A stretch of DNA of 61,872 nucleotides, filler included, from Candidatus Ancaeobacter aquaticus (GTDB lineage: Bacteria; Auribacterota; Ancaeobacteria; Ancaeobacterales; Ancaeobacteraceae): the NCBI GenBank assembly GCA_030765405.1. It is 5 parts of 5 records of this genome, joined end to end, with 100 filler letters (N's around TTAATTAATTAA, not from the genome) between each part and the next. Parts side by side here need not be neighbours in the genome. Positions count along the whole stretch, not along the records: positions 31,610 to 38,817 come from JAVCCP010000003.1; positions 38,918 to 55,945 come from JAVCCP010000004.1; 3 more parts are not named here. One strand, given 5' to 3'. The position numbers and the translations under genes were made by a program. The notes below the pieces were generated by a model. The model did no database searches. It saw nothing but the letters and a program-made list of their open reading frames with translations, and was not told the origin of the DNA. Below, one piece after another: positions 36,816 through 46,265 of this stretch (the first letter of the stretch is position 1; each line of letters starts with the position of its first letter).

Positions 36816-38711
36816 ATGGTAAAAAAACCTTCAAAGAGTAAAGGAACAAGATTAACTGAAACAAAAAAGATGTTTTTTGCGTTTCAGCGTTCTGTTTCAG
36901 AGCTAGAGGGTGGCCCCTTGCCAGATCCTTTTAAATATGCCGAATATGATTTCGCATTAAACGATACACTTAATATTTTAGTTCAGCATTTAAAGGAGAA
37001 TGAATATAGACCTAAAAGAGCTGAGAATTTTGATATGCCTAAGGGAGAGTTCGCTATTAGGCCAGGGTTGACTCTAGACGTAACTGATTTAACGGTTATT
37101 CATAAGTTGGCTTCAGATTTTATCGTAACTTTGGATGCTAAATTGTCTTCCGGAGTAGTTGCATATCGATTGCGAAATGACAAGAAAAAATGTTTTCGGA
37201 TAGAAAGAGAGTCTGCTTATTATGTTTTACCACGGTATAAACGCAATCGTGTTAAAATTGAAGAATCATGGTATAACCTCTGGCCTAAATACCGAAAACA
37301 GATGAAGAAAGATTTGCAGAGCAAGAAATATTCTTTTGTTGCGTCGACTGATATTACAGCATTTTTTGAAGATGTCAATTTATTGACTCTTGGAGAGATT
37401 TTAAAGAAAAAGTCTGGTGCAAGCATAAAACAGATTAACATGATCATTGAAATATTGCGTAGTTGGGCATTGCGTGACCCTGCTAATATTAGACAGCGAA
37501 GAGGTTTGCCCCAGGGGATAAATATGTCAGGCGTCTTAAGTAATCATTATTTACAGATAGTTGATGACTATTTGGAAAATGTGCACAAAAGAGCAAGCAC
37601 AAAAGATAAGATTAAATGGTATCGTTATTGTGATGATATACATGTTTTATGTAAAACGAAGGGACGTGCAAAAGCTATACTGCTTAATATAGGTCGTCTT
37701 TTGCGTCAATTAGGGCTAAATCAGAATGCTAAGAAAACAAATATTTTAACTGCAGAAGAAGCTCTAAAAACTATGTACTATTCTGTTGCTGAAGAAGTTT
37801 CTGAAATTGTTGACTTGTCTAAAAAACGTGGTGCTAATCGGGATGATTTAATTGAAAGACTTAAAATTGAATTTAGACAGCTCCCTAAAAGAACAGCTTC
37901 GTACAAAAAACGACATGAGACTGCTTTGTTTGGTTTTTATAACGCAGCGAGGATATTGGATTCAGACATTTTACTAAATAGAGCAAAACATGATTTTGAG
38001 AAATTTCCTACGCGGGCTAAAAACATCTCTGGATATTTAAGAAGTTTTGTAGGCAGGAAGAAAGTGTTTCGCGATATTTCTGAGCTTATGTTAAAAAAGA
38101 ATAGGATTCTGCTATACAATTATCAGATAGCTTTTTTAGTTACTATTTTTAGGGGGTGCAATAATCAGGATAAAAAAATATTTGACGCTATTGTTGAGGT
38201 TGCTAGGAGCAAGGAGAGGCATTGGTATGTGAAAGTTCAGGCCATCAGTACATTGTTTTATTATGGTATCGGTTATTTAAGGGAAACGCATTTACGTGAT
38301 TTTATCTCTAAAAGACACCACAAACAGGTTAGGCGTGCATCAATGGTCTTGTTGCCATTACTTTTTAAAAAGGATGAAGTTTTAAAAAGATTGGATGATT
38401 ATGCAGGTGAATTGAATGTTACGGTTTCTCGAATGGCAAATTTTTTATTAGCATTAGTGGAGGATAAAGAGATTGCAATTTCACATTTAAGAAGATTTAC
38501 TACTCCGAATTTCATTTTTTTGACTGATCAAATATGGAGATTGTGGTTTATCTCGCTCAATGAGAAGCCTGATGTAAGAAAAAAGTTTGATTCTACAATA
38601 AAAAAACTAAAAAAAGAATTTCGTCTAAATAAGTTAGTAAAAGTACATTTATCTGCAATTGATAATTTCAGAAGTGAAGGAAAAACCAAAATGACAGATA
38701 AACGACAGTGA
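36816..38711 (+). CDS. UG/Abi-like (defence-type) reverse transcriptase with alpha-helical C-terminal extension
   Basis: 'PKGEFAIRP', 'STDITAFFEDV', 'RGLPQGINMSGVLSNHYL', 'YRYCDDIHV', 'GLNQNAKKT'; ~300-aa helical tail. Confidence 0.9.
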   Translation: MVKKPSKSKGTRLTETKKMFFAFQRSVSELEGGPLPDPFKYAEYDFALNDTLNILVQHLKENEYRPKRAENFDMPKGEFAIRPGLTLDVTDLTVIHKLASDFIVTLDAKLSSGVVAYRLRNDKKKCFRIERESAYYVLPRYKRNRVKIEESWYNLWPKYRKQMKKDLQSKKYSFVASTDITAFFEDVNLLTLGEILKKKSGASIKQINMIIEILRSWALRDPANIRQRRGLPQGINMSGVLSNHYLQIVDDYLENVHKRASTKDKIKWYRYCDDIHVLCKTKGRAKAILLNIGRLLRQLGLNQNAKKTNILTAEEALKTMYYSVAEEVSEIVDLSKKRGANRDDLIERLKIEFRQLPKRTASYKKRHETALFGFYNAARILDSDILLNRAKHDFEKFPTRAKNISGYLRSFVGRKKVFRDISELMLKKNRILLYNYQIAFLVTIFRGCNNQDKKIFDAIVEVARSKERHWYVKVQAISTLFYYGIGYLRETHLRDFISKRHHKQVRRASMVLLPLLFKKDEVLKRLDDYAGELNVTVSRMANFLLALVEDKEIAISHLRRFTTPNFIFLTDQIWRLWFISLNEKPDVRKKFDSTIKKLKKEFRLNKLVKVHLSAIDNFRSEGKTKMTDKRQ

Positions 38712-38817
38712 TTTGCCAAACAAAAAAACTCATCTAATACATGTCTTGCATAAATTTCTTTAACTAATCATCCTTAGGTAGGCGGCTGCCCCATTTCAGC
38801 CGCCTGTCAAAAAAGCC
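38691..38817. repeat. Right copy of 127-bp terminal inverted repeat of contig 3, overlapping the RT 3' end
   Basis: Begins ATGACAGATAAACGACAGTGA = last codons M-T-D-K-R-Q-stop of the RT. Confidence 0.95.
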
Positions 38818-38917
38818 NNNNNNNNNNNNNNNNNNNNNNNNNNNNNNNNNNNNNNNNNNNNTTAATTAATTAANNNNNNNNNNNNNNNNNNNNNNNNNNN
38901 NNNNNNNNNNNNNNNNN
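38818..38917. other. Artificial contig spacer
   Basis: N-run with TTAATTAATTAA. Confidence 0.98.
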
Positions 38918-39531
38918 CCATCCATGCTAATCGATATTTGTTGTGCTGTTAATCTATTGATGAATGCCTCACTCGTAAACTGTGCCCCTTGATCCGAATT
39001 GAATATCTCAGGGGTTCCGTATTTTGCCAGAGCTTCATCAAGTGCTTCACAACAAAAACTTACATCCATGGTATTGCTTAATCGCCAGCTTAATACACTG
39101 CGGCTATGCCAATCCATTATCGCTACCAAGTACGCAAATCCGTGCTTTAACCGTATATACGTTATATCCGTACTCCACACCTGATTAGGACGTTCTACGG
39201 TGACGTCGGTAAGCAGATACGGATATGTTGCATGATGTTTATTCGGCCTGCTCGTATTTGGTTTAGGATATATCGGCATCAATCCCATTTTCCTCATTAG
39301 ACGTCTCACTCTCTTCGGTCCACATCTTTTACCGGTATCCCGCAAATACGCTGTCATGCCACGTACTCCCATAAACGGATGCTTTGTAAACTCTTCATCT
39401 ATTATATTCATTAACTCAATATTATACGCGCTTTCTGGCGCAGCATGATAGTAAAGCCCTGATCGATTAATTGCCAAAAGATTACATTGGTTCCTCATAC
39501 TCATTTCCTCTTTATCCTTATCTAACAACAA
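38918..39531 (-). CDS. IS3 transposase OrfB (rve integrase core), partial
   Basis: 'PNQVWSTDITYI', 'YLVAIMDWHSR', 'IFNSDQGAQFTS'. Confidence 0.92.
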
Positions 39532-39548
39532 TTTGCGCTCCTTAGGTC

Positions 39549-39860
39549 TTAAAACGGTAATTTTTTTTTAAGCCAATTGTTTTCTACTTCTAATTGTCCA
39601 ATCCGCTTGTATAAATTATCAACCAGCTTTTCCTTATCCTTTTCATCCGGATCCTTTTTGCCAGAAAACAATCCGGGCAAGCCTTCTCGCAGTTCACTTT
39701 TCCATTGTGCGATCTGTGTCGAATGAACCCCATATTCGCTGCTGATCTCTGCTGTTGTCTTTAACCCTTTTATTGCCTCAATTGCTACTTTTGCTTTAAA
39801 TTCCTTGCTGAATTGCTTTCTCATGCTTCCCATCCAGACCTCCTGTGTTTGTCCCACCAT
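39549..39860 (-). CDS. IS3 transposase OrfA
   Basis: 'RKQFSKEFKAKVAIEAIKG..T..EISSEYGVH..QI..WK'; start likely MRKQF at 39824. Confidence 0.9.
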   Translation of the reverse strand: MVGQTQEVWMGSMRKQFSKEFKAKVAIEAIKGLKTTAEISSEYGVHSTQIAQWKSELREGLPGLFSGKKDPDEKDKEKLVDNLYKRIGQLEVENNWLKKKLPF

Positions 39861-40131
39861 TATACCTTATTTCTCTATCTTATACACTGGTCTGATTTTT
39901 GGGGAGTATTATACTTTTAGGGTTAGTGGGGCTAAAAAGGCGCAAGAAAAGAGCATAACCTTTTATTGTGATAAGTGTTACGACTATTAAGTTTTAAAAA
40001 TTGGTGGTATCGAGACCGCCGTTTTTCTTTTTGTTGATACTGGCCAATTAATAAATATCATATATTTTCAAAAAAAATATTGACATTTATGGCGATATGA
40101 CGATAATTGCAGTTTCTACATATAAATAGAG

Positions 40132-40800
40132 GTGATTATTATGAAAATATTTCAAATGGGTTTATTAGGTAAAAAGATCGGAATGACAAAGCTCATCAAA
40201 GATGATGGTCGGGTTGTTCCTGTATCAGTACTTCAAGTCGGCCCTTGTCCAATCATTAGAAAGAAAACCACAGAAAAAGATTTTTATACTGCCCTGCAGC
40301 TTGGCTTTGATGAGAAAAAGAAGAATATTAACAAGCCTGATGCGGGTAATTTCAAGAAATCTAATACAACACCAACGAAGTTTGTTGAAGAGATCCGCTT
40401 AAATAACGATGAGGAAGCTGCATCATTTGAAGCTGGTAAGGAAATAAAGGCTATTGATGTATTTAAAACCGGTGAATTTGTTGATGTGAGTGCTACTTCT
40501 ATCGGAAAAGGTTTTCAAGGTGTTATGAAGCGTCATAATATGAAGGGTTTTACTGAAAGCCGTGGTACACATGAAGTTAAACGTCATGGTGGATCAATTG
40601 GTTGTATGTATCCTCAACGTGTTATTAAAGGTAGGCATATGCCAGGGCAAATGGGTAACAAAAAAGTTACTACTCAGAACCTTGTTATTGAAGATATTAA
40701 AGAAGAAGATAATCTTATTTTGCTTCGTGGTGCAGTACCAGGCAAAAACGGTTATGTAGTGATAAAAAAAGCGATTAAGAAAATATCAGCTAAAAAATAA
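40132..40800 (+). CDS. rplC: 50S ribosomal protein L3 (stand-alone)
   Basis: 'GLLGKKIGMT', 'ALQLGF', 'VDVSATSIGKGFQGVMKRH', 'GQMGNKKVTTQNL'. Confidence 0.95.
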   Translation: MIIMKIFQMGLLGKKIGMTKLIKDDGRVVPVSVLQVGPCPIIRKKTTEKDFYTALQLGFDEKKKNINKPDAGNFKKSNTTPTKFVEEIRLNNDEEAASFEAGKEIKAIDVFKTGEFVDVSATSIGKGFQGVMKRHNMKGFTESRGTHEVKRHGGSIGCMYPQRVIKGRHMPGQMGNKKVTTQNLVIEDIKEEDNLILLRGAVPGKNGYVVIKKAIKKISAKK

Positions 40801-40802
40801 GT

Positions 40803-41390
40803 TTATACTTTATTTTTTCCGACAATAAAAACCTCATAGCTTTCCTTACGGGAACTATGAGGTTTTTGCGTTTTACAGACTTTGTACGATTTCTTCACTT
40901 CGTGGTAAAAAGCGGGAAAATCTTCTCCTTGGAATATCTTCATAATTAAATTGCCATTCTTTTTAAGCAGTGTTCTCGAAAGCTCAAAGACACGTTCGCA
41001 TATGCGTAGAGATTTTTGACAATCGGTAAACCTGTCGCCGGAAGTGTTTGGTGCCGCGTCACTCATAATACAATCAAAAAGAGGACTAATCGCCTGTATT
41101 TCTTCTACTGTTACTTCAAAAATATCTCTTTGAATAAAAGTAATGTTTTTTTGAGAATCAATCTTTAAGGGTTGGACATCCACTCCTACGATTGATCCCT
41201 CATCTCCAATATGTTCTTGAGTATATTGCACCCATGAGCCGGGTGAACAGCCGATATCAAGTATGGCATCACCTTTACGAATAACCTGGTGCTTCTTTTG
41301 TATTTCTTCCAATTTATATACTGAACGAGCAAGATATTTTTCTTTTTTTGCTTTTTGGTGATAATGATCTTTACGTCTTTCGATTCTCAT
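40803..41390 (-). CDS. rlmE: 23S rRNA Um2552 methyltransferase (RlmE/FtsJ)
   Basis: 'YLARSVYKL', 'DIGCSPGSW', 'SDAAPNTSG', 'KIFQG', 'SRKESYE'. Confidence 0.92.
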   Translation of the reverse strand: MRIERRKDHYHQKAKKEKYLARSVYKLEEIQKKHQVIRKGDAILDIGCSPGSWVQYTQEHIGDEGSIVGVDVQPLKIDSQKNITFIQRDIFEVTVEEIQAISPLFDCIMSDAAPNTSGDRFTDCQKSLRICERVFELSRTLLKKNGNLIMKIFQGEDFPAFYHEVKKSYKVCKTQKPHSSRKESYEVFIVGKNKV

Positions 41391-43165
41391 CGTCTGTTTT
41401 TCCCTAAAAGGATTGGTAAAAGGTGCTCTTTTCCTGTTTCTTTCAGTGCGCGTTTAACGAGCATATAATTCCTTTTTTGCGAATGCTGCAGGAGTGCTCG
41501 CTGCATTTTTCTTTCACGAACAGTTTTAGCTACATGTATAGTGTTTCCATGAAGATCTTTTTCAGCATAATACATTGCTGTTGCAAGAGTCATTGGTGTC
41601 GGGGTAAAGTCTTGTATCTGTTCGGGATTAAAGTGTAATTTCTTTGTTTCTAGTGCAAGCGATATCATATCATCAAGCGTGCACCCAGGGAACGATGAAA
41701 TGAAGTAGGTTACGACATATTGTTTTTTCTTGAGAGTTTTATTCATAACGTCATATTTGCTTATAAAGTCAGTAAATTGCTTATATGGCGGTTTATGCAT
41801 AAGCCGTAAGATACGGCTGACAGAATGTTCGGGCGCTATTTTCAGCTGTCCACTGATATAGTGCGCACACAGCTCTTTAAAAAAGTTGCTTTTTGTATCT
41901 TTTAACACAAGATCGTACCGTACACCTGTTGATAAAAAGACGTGTTTTACTTTTGGGTGAGAGCGAATTTTCTTTAAAAGTTTGAGCTGGTGGCTATGAT
42001 CGCAGATGAGCGAATTGCAGATCTCAGTTCCCATACAGGTTTTATCTTTACATTTACCAGATCGAGCCATTTTTATGCAATGCATCATATACATATTTGC
42101 TGTCGGACCGCCTACATCAGAAATAGTTCCTCTAAAACTTTTCATATGCGTTATTGCAGTGACCTCTTTTAATATAGATGTTTCACTGCGAGACTGTACC
42201 TGTGTTCCCTGATGTGCCGATATCGAACAAAATGTGCAGTTACCCATACATCCGCGATGGCTTGTGATAGAGAATTGTACTGGAGTGAGTGCTGGTATCC
42301 CCCCTTGTGCCTTGTATGAGGGATGCGCCTCTCGCGTATAGGGAAGATCATATATGAGATCGATATCTTTTGCGGCCAGAGGCATGGGTGGGGGTAGCTG
42401 GATAATATACCTTTGCCCTGTTTTTTGCACGAGTGTTTTACCGTGAAAGGGATCTTGCTCGCTGTATATCTTCTTTGTTGCATGGATAAGATTTTCTTTG
42501 TCAGAAAGAATGTCTTCATACGATGGAAGGAATACTGCATCATTATATAGGGAAACATCACGCCTAGTTATCATTGTGCCGCGTATTGTATCTAATGACT
42601 CGATAGTGTCACCCTGGTTTAGTCTATTTGCAATCTCAACTATTTGTGTTTCGCCCATACCATAGGCAAGGATATGTGCACCTGAATCAAGAAGAATTGA
42701 TCTGCGCAGTTTGTCTTCAAGGTAATCATAATGGGCAAACCGCCTGAGACTTGCTTCAAGTCCACCGATAATGATAGGTATTTTACCGAATGCTTCACGC
42801 ACTTTATTGGTGTATGCAATAAGTGGCCGGTTTGGTCTCAAACCGGTTTCCCCTCCCGGTGAGTATGCGTCAGCACTGCGGCGTTTCTTTACCGGTGTAT
42901 AATGCGAGACAAGCCAGTCAAGATTGCCACCGGAAATACCGACAAAGAGGCGAGGAGTGCCCATAACAGTAAAATCTTTTATTGAAAGCCAGTTTGGTTG
43001 CGCAATAATACCGACCTTATATCCTTTGCTTTCAAGCACGCGGGATAATATGGCTATACCAAAAGAGGGGTGGTCGCAATATGCGTCGGCACTCACAAGA
43101 AGAATATCAAGCTCTTTCCATCCGCGTTTGGTTATTTCGTTTTTATTTGTAGGCAGCAGCTGCAT
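41387..43165 (-). CDS. ygiQ: YgiQ/UPF0313 family radical SAM protein
   Basis: 'DAYCDHPSFG', 'HRGCMGNCTFCSI', 'DVGGPTANMY', 'QIQDFTPTPMT'. Confidence 0.9.
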   Translation of the reverse strand: MQLLPTNKNEITKRGWKELDILLVSADAYCDHPSFGIAILSRVLESKGYKVGIIAQPNWLSIKDFTVMGTPRLFVGISGGNLDWLVSHYTPVKKRRSADAYSPGGETGLRPNRPLIAYTNKVREAFGKIPIIIGGLEASLRRFAHYDYLEDKLRRSILLDSGAHILAYGMGETQIVEIANRLNQGDTIESLDTIRGTMITRRDVSLYNDAVFLPSYEDILSDKENLIHATKKIYSEQDPFHGKTLVQKTGQRYIIQLPPPMPLAAKDIDLIYDLPYTREAHPSYKAQGGIPALTPVQFSITSHRGCMGNCTFCSISAHQGTQVQSRSETSILKEVTAITHMKSFRGTISDVGGPTANMYMMHCIKMARSGKCKDKTCMGTEICNSLICDHSHQLKLLKKIRSHPKVKHVFLSTGVRYDLVLKDTKSNFFKELCAHYISGQLKIAPEHSVSRILRLMHKPPYKQFTDFISKYDVMNKTLKKKQYVVTYFISSFPGCTLDDMISLALETKKLHFNPEQIQDFTPTPMTLATAMYYAEKDLHGNTIHVAKTVRERKMQRALLQHSQKRNYMLVKRALKETGKEHLLPILLGKNRR

Positions 43166-43300
43166 TCTTTAATATTACCATACTGTCCTTAGGGGAGATA
43201 CAACAAAGATATTTGCGTACTTTTGTGTTGCCATTAAAAAGATTATTGTTACAATGTTCAGTCTCTCAACATTTCCAGGAATAGCTTCTAGGTACAATAC

Positions 43301-45046
43301 ATGAAAAAAGAACGAAAAATATTGCGGTTAGCACTAGCTCAGATAAATCCTACTGTTGGCGATTTGTCCGGCAATGTAAAAAAGATCAATAGTTTCATCA
43401 CTAAAGCCAAAGACAGTGATGTTGATATTATTGTGTTTCCCGAGCAGGTCGTGCCGGGATACCCAGCCGAAGATCTTCTTCTAAAGAAACAGTTCGTAAA
43501 TGATAATAAACGCGCATTACGTAAAGTAGTAGAAAATACAAGCGGTATTGTTGCCATTGTCGGTAATCTCAAATCATACAAAGATACATTGTATAATTCT
43601 GCGTGCGTGATGAGTGATCGAAAAATACATGGCTGTTACAATAAGATGTTTTTGCCGAATTACGGGGTGTTTGATGAAAAGAGATACTTTGATAAAGGGG
43701 AAGAACACTGTATTTTTCTGAAAAATAATGTGCCTATAGGCATTAATATTTGTGAAGATCTCTGGGTAGAAAAAGGTTCAACAAATGTTCTTGCCAGGTG
43801 CGGGGCCCAGCTTGTTATAAATCTTTCTGCCTCACCGTACCATTTAAAGAAGAAAAAAGAGCGTGAAGACCTGTTTAGATCTAAGGCGCTTTCCTATAAA
43901 GTAAATGTTGTGTATGTCAATATGGTTGGTGGTCAGGATGAAATACTTTTTGATGGAGCGAGTGTCGCCATTGATAAAAGCGGTAAAGTGATTGCTTCAG
44001 CGAAACAGTTTGAGGAAGATCTCGTCATATTTGATATGGAGTTTCAAAAAACATCTTCAATGACAGAAGTAAAGAAAAGGGCAAAAGGGCACCCTGTTAA
44101 TGTTGTAAAGCTTGAGGGGCATGAAAAAGGAACAGAACGTGCACCACTGACACCTGTTATTCAGAAACAGATGAGGGAAGAAAAAGAAATTTATAGCGCT
44201 TTAGTGTTAGGCACCAGAGATTATGTCAAAAAGAACGGTTTTCAAAAGGTGGTGCTTGGCATATCCGGGGGGATTGATTCAAGCTTAGTTGCAAGTATTG
44301 CTGTTGATGCGCTTGGTCCTGATAATGTCATAGGTGTTTTTATGCCGTCACGATATACGTCGGATGAGAGCAAAAAAGATGCAGAAGAACTTGCAACGAA
44401 TCTTAAAATAAAACTGCATACCGTACCGATAGATCATATCTTTGGCGTATATCTAAAAGAAATGAGAAGTTTCTTTGCGGGAAAAAAAGCGAATATTGCT
44501 GAAGAAAATATTCAGGCACGCATCAGAGGTAATCTCTTGATGGCATTTTCAAACAAGCTTGGATGGCTTGTCTTAACGACAGGCAACAAAAGTGAAATGA
44601 GCGTGGGGTATTGCACTCTTTACGGTGATATGGCAGGCGGTTTTGCAATTATTAAGGATGTGTTGAAAGAAAGAGTTTATAAACTGTCTCTTTTTGTGAA
44701 TATGTATAAGGGATATAATATTATTCCGGTCAATGTGATACGCAAGGAACCGACAGCAGAATTAAGAGCTAATCAGAAAGATTCAGATAGTTTGCCGCAA
44801 TATTCGAGTCTTGACCCGATCTTAAAGAATTACATTGAAAAAAATAAGAGCCATAAAGATCTCTTTAAAATGGGTTTTGAAAAACGTACGGCAATGAGAA
44901 TGATGAACCTGGTTGATTCTAATGAATATAAACGCCGGCAAGCCCCGCCGGGGATAAAAATCAGTCCATTAGCGTTTGGAAGGGATAGACGCTACCCAAT
45001 AACCAATAAGTACCGCATAAAAGGTAACAGCAAAAGTCATTTCTAA
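43301..45046 (+). CDS. nadE: Glutamine-dependent NAD+ synthetase
   Basis: Nitrilase domain ('FPE', 'LPNYGVFDEKRYF', 'ICEDLW') plus 'GISGGIDS', 'ENIQARIRG', 'TGNKSE'. Confidence 0.95.
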   Translation: MKKERKILRLALAQINPTVGDLSGNVKKINSFITKAKDSDVDIIVFPEQVVPGYPAEDLLLKKQFVNDNKRALRKVVENTSGIVAIVGNLKSYKDTLYNSACVMSDRKIHGCYNKMFLPNYGVFDEKRYFDKGEEHCIFLKNNVPIGINICEDLWVEKGSTNVLARCGAQLVINLSASPYHLKKKKEREDLFRSKALSYKVNVVYVNMVGGQDEILFDGASVAIDKSGKVIASAKQFEEDLVIFDMEFQKTSSMTEVKKRAKGHPVNVVKLEGHEKGTERAPLTPVIQKQMREEKEIYSALVLGTRDYVKKNGFQKVVLGISGGIDSSLVASIAVDALGPDNVIGVFMPSRYTSDESKKDAEELATNLKIKLHTVPIDHIFGVYLKEMRSFFAGKKANIAEENIQARIRGNLLMAFSNKLGWLVLTTGNKSEMSVGYCTLYGDMAGGFAIIKDVLKERVYKLSLFVNMYKGYNIIPVNVIRKEPTAELRANQKDSDSLPQYSSLDPILKNYIEKNKSHKDLFKMGFEKRTAMRMMNLVDSNEYKRRQAPPGIKISPLAFGRDRRYPITNKYRIKGNSKSHF

Positions 45047-45145
45047 TAAATTCTTCATTTTTTCGATTGTCAAAACACAAAAATGATTTACAATGAGAAT
45101 TGTACCGTTGATTAACTGTGGAAGCTAAAAAGGAGAGTAGTAATT

Positions 45146-45448
45146 ATGTATAATGATGATGCGTATGAAGAAGATGAATTGATGGATTATGTTGAGGATT
45201 TTGAGGATGCGCTACGTGAAATCATCGATGATTTACCTGAGTTTAAAGATCTCATGGATTTCTTGAAGAATAGACATGGCAATATAGCTCTCTATATGGG
45301 TGTTCAGGTTGTTGGAGATAAAGGGAAGAAGAAGCAAAATAAAAGATCTCCAAAAGACGGCAAAATAAGAAGACTGCCCATACAGTTTGAGTTTACTCAA
45401 AATGATAAGAAATTCCTGAAATCGCTTCACATAGATTGCGATATTTGA
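45146..45448 (+). CDS. Small acidic hypothetical protein
   Basis: AGGAG SD; 100 aa; C-terminal 'FEFTQNDKKFLKSLHI'. Confidence 0.65.
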   Translation: MYNDDAYEEDELMDYVEDFEDALREIIDDLPEFKDLMDFLKNRHGNIALYMGVQVVGDKGKKKQNKRSPKDGKIRRLPIQFEFTQNDKKFLKSLHIDCDI

Positions 45449-45479
45449 TATATCTGACAAATAACATATTCTGGATACA

Positions 45480-46208
45480 ATGGAACAAACGCAAACAGTA
45501 AACATATTTATAGCGTTTCTTGCGGGACTCTTATCTTTTCTATCTCCGTGTATATTGCCTTTAATACCATCATATCTGTTTTTTATTACTGGTTTGTCTG
45601 TAAAGCAGCTATCCGAAGAAACTCAAAGAGCAAAGGTAAGGACAACAGCTCTTTTAAATTCTGTAAGTTTTGTTCTTGGATTTACGCTTGTTTTTTGTGC
45701 GCTGGGTGCTACCGCGTCATTTATTGGGCAGAAACTGTTTGAGTACCAGTATATTATTATGAAGGTTGGTGGTGCGTTTATTATCCTTTTCGGTATACAT
45801 CTTACCGGTATATTTTCGTTTGGTTTTCTTCAAAAAGAAAAAAAAGTCCATGTCAGAAGCAAAAAGTGGGGATATTTGGGGTCATTTATTGTGGGCCTTG
45901 CGTTTGGGGCTGGTTGGACACCGTGTGTAGGGCCGATACTTGGTTCAATACTTGTTATGGCAGGTACTACGGGCGAAATGTATAAAGGAGTGATCCTTTT
46001 AGGTTTTTATTCTTTAGGGATAGGCCTCCCCTTTATATTTGCTACACTTGCGGTTAATACCTTTCTCGGCTTGCTGGAACGCTTCAAAAAATGGATCAAA
46101 GTATTTTCAATACTCAGCGGTGTTTTCCTTATTATTGTCGGAATACTTCTTTTTACTAACCAGTTTACTGTTTTGTCAAACTGGCTCGTGCAGATCACCA
46201 CAAACTGA
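45480..46208 (+). CDS. ccdA: Cytochrome c biogenesis CcdA / DsbD-TM protein
   Basis: 'AGLLSFLSPCILPLIP', 'GWTPCVGPILGSIL'. Confidence 0.9.
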   Translation: MEQTQTVNIFIAFLAGLLSFLSPCILPLIPSYLFFITGLSVKQLSEETQRAKVRTTALLNSVSFVLGFTLVFCALGATASFIGQKLFEYQYIIMKVGGAFIILFGIHLTGIFSFGFLQKEKKVHVRSKKWGYLGSFIVGLAFGAGWTPCVGPILGSILVMAGTTGEMYKGVILLGFYSLGIGLPFIFATLAVNTFLGLLERFKKWIKVFSILSGVFLIIVGILLFTNQFTVLSNWLVQITTN

Positions 46209-46265
46209 CTTCGTCAGATTTCCTAAAAAAGAGTCACATAAAGTCTGTTTCAGCTCTACGCCAAA

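Larger units (their letters stand above)
38918..39913 (-). mobile_element. IS3-family insertion sequence, truncated at the contig end
   Basis: orfA/orfB pair with A9 slippery site; putative left end 'TATAATACTCCCCAAAAATCAGACCA' at 39913-39888. Confidence 0.9.

Noticed and set aside
36816..38711. RT as group II intron, retron or DGR
   Set aside because: No maturase/domain X or intron domain V/VI seen, no NAxxH or VTG retron motifs, no TR/VR pair or avd gene.
38780..38805. IR hairpin as the RT's intrinsic terminator
   Set aside because: The 9-bp stem is real, but no U-tract follows it on either strand; function left open.
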